A stretch of DNA of 64,000 nt. Origin: Lytechinus pictus. Lineage: Eukaryota. Under the pieces are notes generated by a model. The model was not told the origin of the DNA. It did not search any database and saw only the letters and a list, made by a program, of their open reading frames with translations. Shown piece by piece: positions 52,720 to 64,000 of the stretch (positions are counted from its first letter, which is position 1; each line of letters opens with the position of its first letter). The DNA lies in contig NC_087251.1 of the NCBI RefSeq assembly GCF_037042905.1, forward strand, positions 41,542,001 through 41,606,000, given 5' to 3'. Made by a program: the position numbers and the translations under genes.

Positions 52720-53472
52720 CAGATCTTCATGATATCATAACAATTAATGGTTGGCTGGCATATGAAACTGATAGGACTTTATTCAAAACTAAAAGCAGGC
52801 AAATCGCTCCTATTTTGAATATAGCGTTCCTTTACTAAAAACCTGAAATGAGATGATCCTAATGTAAGATACTTAATGGTATTTGTTTCAAAAAGAGATG
52901 AGAGTGAGTGTAAGGTATGTAGTAGGCTACTTTATCATTAGGTAGACAGGATGAAACTGATTGATTTCTTGATAAATAGCCTTATAAGTGAGGGCACGAG
53001 TAGCATGATTGTGATGTGATGAGCTACTTAATGAAGTCCTTTTAACTGTACCAATACCTCGGGGGATCCCCCCTATCCGGTTACAGTGACCGAGATGTCA
53101 TAATGGCAGCGAATTGTATCCTCCCAGATCAGCAAATCGGCGGGCGAAGGAGCGCCGAGTCTCCGCAGCCAAGCCTGGGAAGTCAGCGCCGAGCCAGTGC
53201 CAGGGGGGCGTGAAAGATGATCCCTCCCCAAAAATGATTTTGCTGATGAGTTGGTATTGACTGCGGCTGGTGGAATAACACTTGCACTTTGTGTATTCCA
53301 CCCAGCTGCCAAACAAGTAGGAGGCGCCGGGGGCGTGCTTCAACATTAACAAAGAATACAGCTCAGTACGGTGTTTGCAAGATTTACCAAAATTAATTGA
53401 TATTTAACCGTTCGTCCTTTTTCCTCCCCCTCTCTCCTCTTCTCCCTTTTTTTTTTGCTTGTCTCATTGCAG

Positions 53473-53521
53473 AGAGTTTTCATCACTGTCACCACATGAT
53501 ATAAAGGGCAATAACAAGAAG
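53473..53521 (+). CDS. EHBP1: EHBP1 coding exon 10 (EFSSLSPHDIKGNNKK), CH domain
   Basis: Long pyrimidine tract plus ttgcag, donor GTTTGT, 49 nt, phase 2->0. Confidence 0.92.
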
Positions 53522-54559
53522 GTTTGTTTTTACAAGTCAAGTTTTATTGTAGCAGCGTAATATTGCATGTGCGGTTTCAGGGCTTGGGTTCCGTTCAACT
53601 CTGACATTATAAACACCAGAGCTGCTCTACTCGATGTCCTAGAAATACCCTTTCCATTAAAGTTGTTTTTCTTTCTTGCCTCTGAAATATTATTTTATGC
53701 TTTTAACAATGTGGAGTTAGTGCTCCGAGCAGTGAACAACAGCATTTCCTCTCATGTGTTATTTTACAGTTTACTGCTTAATGTCCTTACACCGTTAGTT
53801 GTCACTTCAAATCTTGTATCATCAACTTTGTTTATCAATTATTAGAACAAATATTAAACATAGAAGTAGAAACATCAAACAAAGAAAGGATGATCATATT
53901 TAGTGAAATACTGCAACATAAAACTGTCACAATTTTCTCACAATGATAATTTGTTATTGTTGCTGTTAAATTGAGATTAATATATACATAGCTGATAGTT
54001 TTATTGTATTTATTTTGTACCTTGAAGTATGGACTCTAATCACAAGTCATTGATTGCAATTTTTTGTTATTTTGGATTATTATGTAAACCAGGAAACAGA
54101 GTTATTATTATCTTCCCCCGTACCTTTTTGTGTAACCCACATGAAAGCTACACAGGGTGTTAATTATTATATATTGAAACAATGGTGGGCTCATCAGACA
54201 ATGACAGAAGAAAGGGAATACATACATTTATACATATTGAATCTGTTGTACTACCCACTTGTATTCATTTCTTTTATCATACTTTTCATGGTTATAATAT
54301 CTCAGTCTTAGAGGACAGTAGCTTCTTATGAATCAAGATTCTATGAATTGTTTTTGTTCTGTCCTTGATAGATAATTATAATAAACTCCTGTGAACATGC
54401 AATGTACATTTAAATGGGGAGAAACAGAATATTACTAAGATATTATTACAATGAAATGATAGTCCCAAAATATTTGAGAATTAACAAATGACAAGTTTTG
54501 CCTAAAAAAGTTCCAATTATCCTAACTAAACTGCCAAATTTAAACATTAAATCCTGTAG

Positions 54560-55240
54560 GCTTTTGATGCCGCTGCTGCCTGTGGCATTCCAAGACTTCT
54601 TGACCCTCAAGACATGGTCCTTTTGGCCGTACCGGACAAACTTGCCGTTATGACTTATCTCTTTCAACTGAGGGCGCACTTTACCGGCCATGAACTGGAA
54701 GTCAAAAGGATTGGTCGTACAACGAAAAAGAGCACGTACATTGTTGGGAACTACTCATCAGACAAATCCATGCCAGAAGATGTATTTGCACAGGAAACAA
54801 ATGTCATCCATGACAACAGGGTTGTAGCAAATGGAGAGAGGACAGAAAATGGAGAAGAGGTTGTTTCAAATGGAGTTCCAAAGAGCCCAGGCTCACCAAC
54901 TAAATCAGGACCCAATAGCGGGAAGAACTCCCAAAAGAATGGTGAAGACAAGGTGGAAGGAGTGGACAACATGAACATTAAGAACTCGGACAGCAACGGG
55001 CATACGGACCTGTCAAGAAGTGCTACCAGTAGCAATGTGGAAATGAGACTCCCAAAACAAACATCAAAAGATAAAGAAGCAGAATCAAATGGTGTTGACT
55101 CTGATAAGAGCAGGACTCCTGCAGATACTCCTGCAGAGAATGGGAGGAGCCCTGTAGGAGCTGGTGGAGACCAGGTGTGGATCAGAGCTCCTGCAGGTGC
55201 CAAGAAAGACACTAAAGGGGATCTGGAAGCCAGTCAGAAG
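54560..55240 (+). CDS. EHBP1: EHBP1 coding exon 11 ([38 protein letters not shown]...ASQK), CH C-half plus disordered region
   Basis: Acceptor ctgtag, donor GTAGGC, 681 nt open (contains the body of the 211-aa ORF in the track), phase 0->0. Confidence 0.93.
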
Positions 55241-55934
55241 GTAGGCTAAATTCACCAACTACATCTGAATGATTTGCCGTGTGAATATTACAATGTTAAA
55301 GTCATCCATGTTCCACTATTAGACCTCGATACTCTGCTCCATAGTGTTAAATAGTTAGTTTGTTATGTTTGATCATTCATTAGATTTTATGATCTTCTCA
55401 GGTTTATTAGACAGTTCAATAGTTTGCAATGTTCTGATCAATGTTAGCTAGCTTTTTGCTGTTTGCAATGTCCTTTTCTATAAATTCAGACAATGGACAA
55501 GATTGATTACAGGCTTTCCGGGAAGAAAACCATTTTTTAATTGTCCCTTTCCTTTTTCTTCTTACAGATTTGCTTATCAGGGTATTGTTTCACAAGTATT
55601 TAAGGATGTCTTATGGCACTTATCATATCACCATGTTGGTCAGCTTATGCTTATATGACATGCACCATTGTGCAGTCACCAACGAAGCTATGGCATTATA
55701 GTCACACTTTAATCTTTGTGAAACACCCCTGCCCCTCTTGAACCTATGTATCTCTCAATGATTCCCAGTTTGCAGGACTTAACTTTCTTTTCTCTCTTCC
55801 TCTGTATACCCATGATCTGTCAAGAGTCAGAAAGGCGTTACTCAACCTTCTTGATTTAATGCCCTTTTGACTCTTAACAGATGTTGTGTTTGCTGATGTT
55901 TCCCTTGTACTTCTTGTCTTACTTGTACATGTAG

Positions 55935-56054
55935 TCTAAACAGGAGGATTTGAAGGAGCGAGCTAAACGATTACTAGAGCTAGCTCGGAAGGAGGCAGCA
56001 GTTAAAAGAGCAACTCTGAAGAGAGAACAGTCGCGAGATGGAGATGCTAATGAG
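55935..56054 (+). CDS. EHBP1: EHBP1 coding exon 12 (SKQEDLKERAKRLLELARKEAA...DANE)
   Basis: Acceptor tgtag (alternative CAG 9 nt downstream), donor GTAAAG, 120 nt; coiled-coil motif resembling vertebrate RQEELKERARxLLE. Confidence 0.88.
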
Positions 56055-56104
56055 GTAAAGGCTCATACCTACATTCAGAAAGGCATGTAACCCATTGCCT
56101 TCTG

Positions 56105-56385
56105 GAGGTCCATGTATAAAACCTTTGAAACTACAGATAGTGGTTGGAACTATCTGGAATCAGTAGGTCCATGAATAAAAGCTATGAAACTACAGATAGT
56201 GGTTGGAACTGTCTGAAATTGGTAGGTCTATTAATTATACCTATGAAACTACAGAAATTGGTTGGAACTGTCTCAAATTCGTAGGTCCATGTATAAATTA
56301 CAACCTATGAAAATAGAGAAAGTTGGTGGGTGGAACCATACGGAATCTGAAGGTACACGTACAAAATGCATGGAAGTACAGAATT
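56105..56385. repeat. 59-bp minisatellite, ~4.5 diverged copies
   Basis: GGTCC/GGTCT anchors at 56107, 56166, 56225, 56284. Confidence 0.9.
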
Positions 56386-56609
56386 AAAAGTCAATGGAGG
56401 TTATCTTGATTTCCACCTCAGATATGGGATTGAAACTTAAACGAAAAGCAGATAGGGCAAGGCATATCTGGTTGTTGGAGAAAAGCTTTCAACTGTGTTC
56501 TGTACAGTCCCATGTAAAAAAAAATTGCTAGGTAAAAAACATTTTGTCGTAGAAAAATGTGGAGCAAATTACCATACAATAGCTGAATAGGGTAAGTGGT
56601 GCATTGGAA

Positions 56610-57336
56610 CATGGACCTATTAGAGATGGACTCTCATTGAATTGTTAATGAATTTACTGACATGTGACCGTCATTGTGCTATGAATAGCATTCTCTTGAT
56701 TTTTTTTCTACTTTCATCCTCCCGTGTTCGGCCGTCAATTCGACCATGAGTTGAAAGATGCAGTTCGTGATTAGACATTGATATTGCACAAACTGTATGT
56801 GCAGAAGATGATAAATCACTTAAATCCTGGAAAATTGATGTGCAGATCTGATTCTTTGGCAATCTTAGTTCCAAATGTTTTATTATGAAAAATGTATGCA
56901 TGTTTTAAGATAGAGGCAATATTGCGTTTGATTGTCTTATTTATAATCCTATTTTTCCAATTTTCCTTCTAATATTCCGGAGATACATGGCTCATATCGT
57001 GTAGAGAGCGTTTATCTCTTAATGTTATTGAGGTCATTATGTGCGTGCGGAAGTGTGCGGATCAAATAATAACATATTCATGTCACAAAATCGTCTGCTT
57101 CGTAATTTTGCTGCTTCAAATCTAAAGCGTGTTGATTGAAAAGCATTTTGTAACACAGGGCATCAACCAACGAAATCAGACCAGGAAAGCTGTGCTTTTG
57201 TAAATAACCAGATGCGCCTTGGTATTCGCTATGTATGTACATACACCTGTATGTTCTCATTAAGATGCACATGGTGGCGGATCTCGTTCAATTAAAGAAA
57301 TGATAGCGTTGAATGTCCATCTCTAATAGGTCCATT
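56610..57336. mobile_element. P-element-like MITE, ~7-bp TSD
   Basis: TIR CATGGACCTATTAGAGATGGAC / GTCCATCTCTAATAGGTCCAT(T); flanks ATTGGAA / ATTGGAC. Confidence 0.8.
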
Positions 57337-58812
57337 ATTGGACTAAAACATTAAAAAGGGTGAGGACAGGGTAAAATGATAAATTATAAATTTGAAATAT
57401 TGAATATAATGTGATGAGAGAGGGGAAGCAAGGAGCGAGTCAATGAGAGAGAGGGAGAGAGAGAATGACGGGGGGGGGGGGGCATCATGAGTGATTAAAT
57501 TTGATTTATTTCTCACTGAGAAAGAAAGAAATAATCTGACTGAACGGCAGGCTAAATGAGTACAGGATCTCAAACACAAACAGCTGCGTTAATTGTGGGT
57601 TAACAGATAGAAAGATAGAAATATGATAATATAGGTCAAACGGATTTTGATATCCTTAAGATCGCAGCGATTACCTTTTTAATTATCATCAGTATGACCT
57701 TCACTTTACTCGTATCTCGCTATTCAAGATGATAGAATGTGTACAGCAATGTATTTTTTTTCCCCTTAATAGTGATGAATGCAGTATCCTAAAAGTTGTG
57801 GAATATAGGGGATCTTCTCTCATTTTTCCTTCTCTGCACAATTTTGAGTCATTCAGGATTTTAAAGACATATTGTGTCTAGCCAGGAGACTTGATATCTG
57901 GAATTTGTTATTTTTTAAATTTCTTTCAATGTTATTGAATGGTTTGCACCCGATTCTGGTATGTAATCGCTTCATATACATCAGTGATATTAGTATATTA
58001 AGCCCATGATGGAAGAAGATATTAGGTACATGTACTGTGTAAAATGGTTATGTTTACATCATTTAACTAAATGGATGATCAACCAATAACTCTAAGATTA
58101 CATGCATGGGTGACATATGGATTGATATAAGATATTGCACTGATTTGATATTGCTTCTGATGGTTGACATGTATATTAGTTGTGTTCTGTGGTGTTATTT
58201 TCATGCTTTTTATTGTTTGTAGACTTTTGTTTACCTGTGATTTAGGAATAGGGAGATTTTTTATGAGTAATTGCCATTTCAGTGTTTTTTATCCTTTCCT
58301 ATTATTATTTTATCCCAGAGTGGTATCTTGGTTGCCTGCTGTATGTATGTGTGTGTGAATAATCTTAAAGCATATAAATATATATATTTTTTCTATTACT
58401 TTCTTAGCCAATAAATCAATCCTGACATTTCCATGCTATTCCAATATTTATGATTTAATTTTTGCCTCTCTCTGTTTCTTTTCCTTTCTCTTGCTCTCTC
58501 TTGCTCTATAGATCTCTCTATTTTGCTTTCTCTCTTTTCTCTTTCTTCCTTTCTTCTCTCTTTTGTTTTTTCCTCCCTTTATCTTTATCTTGTTAAAGAA
58601 GAGGATGATTTTGATTCAAACCGAAATGAATAGTACAAAATATATAATTATTTGTTATCATATAAATATGTTGAATCATACTGATATAACCCATAATGTT
58701 AAAGTTATATCATTGAGTTATTGCCTTGAACTGTGATATCAATGATATAAAATGTTCAAACACTTTATTAGTGAATGTCTGAAATATTAATTCTCTCTGT
58801 TTGATTAAGCAG

Positions 58813-58948
58813 GAGGAAGAGAAGCGGAAAGAAGAGTTGAAAATAAGAGCCAGAAAATTGATAGCAGAAGCCCGCGGTAGCATTAATAAACCTCAAATAG
58901 AAGGGATTGATGAAATGACTGAAGCCGTCAAGGAACAAGCTACAATAG
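58813..58948 (+). CDS. EHBP1: EHBP1 coding exon 13 (EEEKRKEELKIRARKLIAEARG...EQATI)
   Basis: Tandem AAG/CAG acceptors, donor GTAAGA, 136 nt, phase 0->1; RARxLIAEAR motif. Confidence 0.88.
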
Positions 58949-59187
58949 GTAAGATACCCCCCCCCCTTTTTCATTTACTTTCATTTGCTTTATACGCTAT
59001 GCACTTATCATCTAAATATTATTTTGTGCAAACCAAATTTATTTATATGATATGGATAGTGGCTTTATTCAAAATTTAATTTAATTTTCTCCTTGTTGAA
59101 CACATTTCTTTTTATTTGTATAGTATTATTCTTAATTCCAGAAACCATAAAAATATATGAATGGAAGGAAATACTGTCAACAACAAA

Positions 59188-59599
59188 CAGGGTACTACAT
59201 ATCTTTTTAGAAGCACTTGCCCAGTCGGGCAAGTAAATTTTTTGATGGTTGAAATATACTTGCCCAAAAATCTATTTCACTTGCCCAAAAAAATCCTTGA
59301 AAAAAAATAGTTTTACCTCTTCAAAAGAAAGTTTTGCGGTTTAATAAACCATTGACCTTTTCTCTCTTTTGACATGAACTGATCTACCTTGTTATTGCAT
59401 TTCTTTTTCCAAAGTGATTTTATCTTGCCTGCCATGACCAAAATTAGGGTCAATATCATATCATATATCCTAATTTTGGTCATTCTACTGTGAAAATTTC
59501 GCTTGCCCAATTCAGGCAAGTAGTTTTGGTCTTTACTTCAAAACACTTGCCAGACTCTAACTTTTACTTGCCCTGGGCAAGTGCTTGTGTAGCACCCTG
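59188..59599. mobile_element. hAT MITE with perfect 8-bp TSD
   Basis: ACAACAAA|CAGGGTACTACA ... TGTAGCACCCTG|ACAACAAA; internal CTTGCCC/GGGCAAG repeats. Confidence 0.9.
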
Positions 59600-61612
59600 A
59601 CAACAAATAGAACATCAATGTCAGCCTCAAAATATACTACTTTTATGTATTTATATCTCACGCTTGAAAACTTAAATTCATAGATTAAATCTGGGGAAAA
59701 TAGAGTTATCCTGTAATGAAGGAAGTTACTATCACCAAAAAGAAATTGAAAATGAGAATAGTTTGGTGGAAGTGAAGCACTACAATTAGGCAAACAAACA
59801 AAAATATTTACTATTGTGTTATATATAAATGATCACTTGATTGTGAAGGTGAAATGATTCTGGAATATTTGGGGTTTTTTCACATTAGCTTGTATATCTC
59901 AAGAAATTTTGAAATAAAATTAAGGTAGAATTAAGATATTTTTTCAGAAAAATCTTACTGAATTAGTGATATTTTCTAGCATTTGTAAGCTTCAACACCC
60001 TCTTTTGGGCAGTTTTAAAGTCAATTTGAACATTCTAAAAATGACCATAGTATCAAGAATTCTAGCATAATTCTCTTGTGAAAACTTGGAACACGAATGA
60101 AGACTACATGCATGTGAAGGATTTTGTCAATGGGGTGAATTGCTATAGAGTGAAGAGCCTCCCCTGGGGATTTGAATTGCATGGAGTGTGCTAGAAAAGT
60201 AGTTCTAACTGCCACTTTACAATAGTGGAGCTTCACATAACCAGCATTAGCCTCTCAAAATCGTACAAATCTTATCAGATTTACTGGGGAGAATAGATTA
60301 ATTCTCTTTGAAGAGAGAGATACATTGTTGGATTTCTACATTCCAACAAGATTTCTTCCTTCATTCACAAAATAGGACATAAACTTATAGTGGAAGAAGG
60401 AAGAATAAGATGAGGAGAAAAGAACAGAGACTATACAGTGTTATCCGCACTTTCAGATGTTGAATTTTCGTACCTTTTTCTTTTGTTTGCTTGGCGTTGC
60501 TGGGGAGTTGTACAAGCTACTTATATGGGGTTTTTTTTTTTGGCCTTACAAAAGAGTAAAAGGTGGACCAGGTAGTGGATATGAATGGAGATTAGTTGGA
60601 CTAGTGAGTTGAGAAGCTCCCGTAGTACTATCCCCGATTCCCAGGTCATTCCGTTTATTTCATGTTTCACGCAAGATGTATAGAATATTCCCATGGGATA
60701 TGAGACAAGGTGTCTTGAAAAATCACTACCTGTTAAAATTCCCATTTATGTTTTATCTTGTATGAATTTATCATGTCTCCTCCCCCTTTCTTTTATTTTA
60801 AAAAAGAGATAATTATGTATTTTTTCAAATAAAGAATGCAGAGAGAAAATATGACAATGTTTAAAATCATTTTTGGGGGATGGGTCAATTACACGATTAT
60901 TTACATTATATTTATATATTGTATATACATGCCTGATCTATTCCCCATAAATTTAAAAAGTGTACTAATGGAGCATTCTAAATGAAATGCTGCACTTTGG
61001 TAGTTGATGAATGATAGAAAAAAATCATCATTGACACAACTTTTCATGTGTATAATGCAGCTTTTAATTCTGAAGATATGTTAATTAATTTTTTTTTGGG
61101 GGGGGGGTAGTATTCATATTTTGTCAGTACATGTATATAAACATTACTCTGTCAGATATTTTATAAGAACTTTTTTTTTATAAAGTGAGATTCAATTCTT
61201 CTATTTTACACTAGTTGCTCTATTTCATTGCATGTCATCTCAGATTTTATCTACACATGACACTCCATAACTATTTATTAACGAGTGTGATTATAGTTTA
61301 TTTGATTTCATGAATAGATAGATTTTAATTTGAATTTTTCATTCTATGTTTGCTCTATTTGATCAATATAATATTTACTCATGTCAGTTTGAATTCATGT
61401 TTATTTTGTTTTCATGTTATGCTGACACTATTATTAACTTAATATTAAACTCATAAGTTGTTTTTCACTCAACCTTCTAGAAGTCTTTTCTAATCTATTC
61501 ATATATCTCTTTATTTTCTTTATTTTTCAACTCTTTGATTTTGTTTATTTTTTGTTGTTTTGATGAAATCAATTTGGACCTTTCTGTTATCCCTATGCCC
61601 TGCTTGCCTTAG

Positions 61613-61651
61613 GTCTTGGTTACAACTTTTATCAATATGGTGGTCAGTGTG
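61613..61651 (+). CDS. EHBP1: Candidate 39-nt small exon (GLGYNFYQYGGQC)
   Basis: Acceptor ccctgcttgccttag, donor GTAAGA (alternative GTCAGT at 61643), phase 1->1 compatible with exon 13. Confidence 0.55.
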
Positions 61652-64000
61652 GTAAGAGATATTTATTAACATGGCATGTGCTCATATATATTTTTTTGGT
61701 TCATATTTGCTTCAGCATTTATCAATTATCAGTTATGTCAGTGTAGCGTATTCACTAAAGCCCTTGTGCAGAATCCTGTCACGCTGTGATCATTATGGAA
61801 AGCAGTATATATATATATAGTCCCGCAACATAGTCTGTCAGAATGATAATTCTAGAAATTAATTATAAGTGGTCATTAGCTAGCATGGATTGATTGGGAG
61901 TATTAACCTATAAAGTGCCTTTGTCACGTAATGTTGCAAAGAGAATGCCCTTTTTTTCTATGATTATCGAACAAAAAAAATATGTGTAGGGATAAAATTG
62001 TATCGAACTTAAGAGGATCATTCTACACATGGTATTCAAAATATGCTACCAAACAATTTTTGGTGGGAAATTGCAGATTTTGGTGCCAAATCGGTACAAG
62101 TAACAAAACAATTGGTGGAAAGCATTTCCATTGTTATAGCTTACCAAAAAAAGAAAAAAATATTTCAAACTTGAATCAATTCCTTTGTCATCATTTTATT
62201 AATTTCTTATGCATTGCACTTCTTTATTTCTAGATATTATATTGTTTTATGACTAGGTGTTCCTGGATTTAATTTTGATCGATTTGAAATGAGAAAATGC
62301 TATTCAAGTGGCTGAAGATGTCAAATAAGCAGTGTTTAGTAGTAGCTTGTGAAAAATCAATATTTTCCATATGTCTCCAGTCCACACAAATTACATGCTG
62401 TTAGTTTTAGCCCTACTAACAAATTTTGTTGGTTCAGGGTTAAATATCACCTTCATGAATGCAGTTTAATCTTTGGCACATACGTCATTGCATACATGTA
62501 CAAAGAAAGTTGCCAAAAGTAACTTGTGTATGTCATTTGGTGATAAAAAAGGGAAAGTTTATCAGAGGAAATGCAAGTTAAATATAACAAAGGATAAATC
62601 TTGGTTGTAATATCATTAAACATGGTTGTAATATCAGTAAACTTGATTTCAGAATGCTAATTTACCTAAACAGACTTATAACAGAGATATGATGATCAGA
62701 TAATCAACCAATAGAAGTTGAATTAATGTTGAAAGTTGAATGATTTTTTTTTTTTTGGGGGGGGGATAGTCTGTTTACTCATTTTAGGCATTGATTTTTT
62801 GTACAATTTGTAGTAGTATAAATATTCAAATATTTTCTCTAATTAATTTGTAAGAATTGAAATTAAAATGTACTGTACATTTCAAATCTAGCATTGCCAT
62901 TCTAAAAACTTTTGACTGAGCCTCATTATAATAGAGAGTCACTGTTTAAAATCTTTACAAAAATATGTATATATAGTTTAATTCCATATGGTACCTGTAC
63001 CTGAGTGAGAAAACATACTGTGAATATTCATTTTGGTTTTCTTCAGTTATATTTCTATTCATTTTGTGTAGATGACTAGAGAACATTTACATTCTGTATA
63101 TGTTTCATATTTGAGGTCCCGTTAAGAAATTATTTTGTAGCCATATTATACCTGAATTCTAGGCATTGTATCCCCCAAAAGACTATACTCTTTTCATACC
63201 ATAGGAGACAAGGGGGCTGATTCCGTACCTAAGAATCATCGCGGAAAGTTGACTTGCATCATGAAAATATGTAATAACTCTGCAAATGCTCATCTGATTA
63301 TTTAAAGAATACTTCAAAAATATGTGCAAGATCTGAAACAAAACAGTTGTGATGTTTGGAGGGAAAAAATTGATGTAAAGTTATGTTAGAAAAATCAGCC
63401 CTCCCCACCCCCTTCACATTTATCTCTTTGAGTCCTGTCGTTTTAGGGTTGAATTCAAACTATATATATGTACACCCTACAGAATGATTATGTAGATTAA
63501 TTACCATTAAAAAATCAAGTATATATCCCCTCCGCCTCTCTTTCACGATATGACGCAAATGTATGAATCCATGATCAAGTTTATTCTCCATGTTAGCCTG
63601 TAAACCAACACTCTTTCATCATGACATTTCCCTAATGTCATTTGTTCTTCAAATTGAGAAAAATGAATTTACATACCCTAGTGCTAGCTCAAAATCTTCT
63701 TGTATTTATATTTCAAATGTGTGTATCATATTTTATAAACCATGACTACAGAATCATGGTGGTTATTGTTGTGGGGGGATATTGCATAACAGATTTTTTA
63801 GTTCTGCCTGAATAATAAACTCTGTTCACTGTGTATTTTTTTTTTCCATTATATCAAATGAGATAAATGACACAAAACATTTATGAGGGGTTTATTTTTC
63901 TTGATTTTATTGCACTTTTATTCACTTTGTACCTAGAAGTGTTAATTTCTGTGGGTTTTTGTGAAATTAATGAGAAAAAATAAAACCACTCTTAAATTAA

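Larger units (their letters stand above)
21217..58948 (+). other. EHBP1: EHBP1-like gene, coding span visible in window (13 constitutive exons; 3' end beyond window)
   Basis: Spliced translation starts MASVWKRLQRVGKRAAKFKF (NT-C2/EEIG1-EHBP1 domain) and includes CH-domain motifs [35 protein letters not shown] and [21 protein letters not shown], then coiled-coil motifs QEDLKERAKRLLE and ELKIRARKLIAEAR. All junctions are GT-AG with matching phases. Confidence 0.95.

Noticed and set aside
53028..53360. Telomerase RNA, RNase P/MRP or solo LTR identity for the structured island
   Set aside because: No CTAACCCTAA template, no GGAA(A/G)GTC CR-I with a matching P4 strand, and the TGTA...TACA ends lack a TSD
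54751..55212. 153-aa antisense ORF
   Set aside because: Shadow of EHBP1 exon 11
324..62877. TACAGTA/TACTGTA as additional transposon footprints
   Set aside because: Counts by eye are not above the rough compositional expectation

Overview
AT-rich animal genomic DNA, not prokaryotic. The SINE/MITE repertoire and G-tracts suggest a sea urchin or other echinoderm (inference). The window holds the 5' part of one large + strand gene, an EHBP1 (EH domain-binding protein 1) orthologue. Thirteen phase-compatible GT-AG coding exons run from the ATG at 21217 to 58948 and encode NT-C2, an acidic/Pro-Ser linker, CH and the start of the coiled coils; the C-terminal bMERB domain lies beyond the window. 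There are also two candidate frame-preserving micro/small exons (42894-42908, 61613-61651) and a candidate 5'UTR exon. The rest is intronic or upstream sequence packed with repeats: a ~4.5 kb 83-bp satellite, a decayed Sola2-like transposon, many Harbinger/hAT/Kolobok/piggyBac/P-like MITEs, tRNA-derived SINEs and LINE scraps. Most notable: (i) four 12-22 bp palindromic inserts with 7-bp target duplications that look like excision footprints of a P-like family whose full MITE is also present; (ii) a ~60-bp insertion with a 13-bp TSD carrying a Penelope-type minimal hammerhead ribozyme; (iii) strong enrichment of the Tc1-type footprint TACATGTA; (iv) a ~320-nt GC-rich, self-complementary intronic island. 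Most ORFs in the supplied track are spurious.
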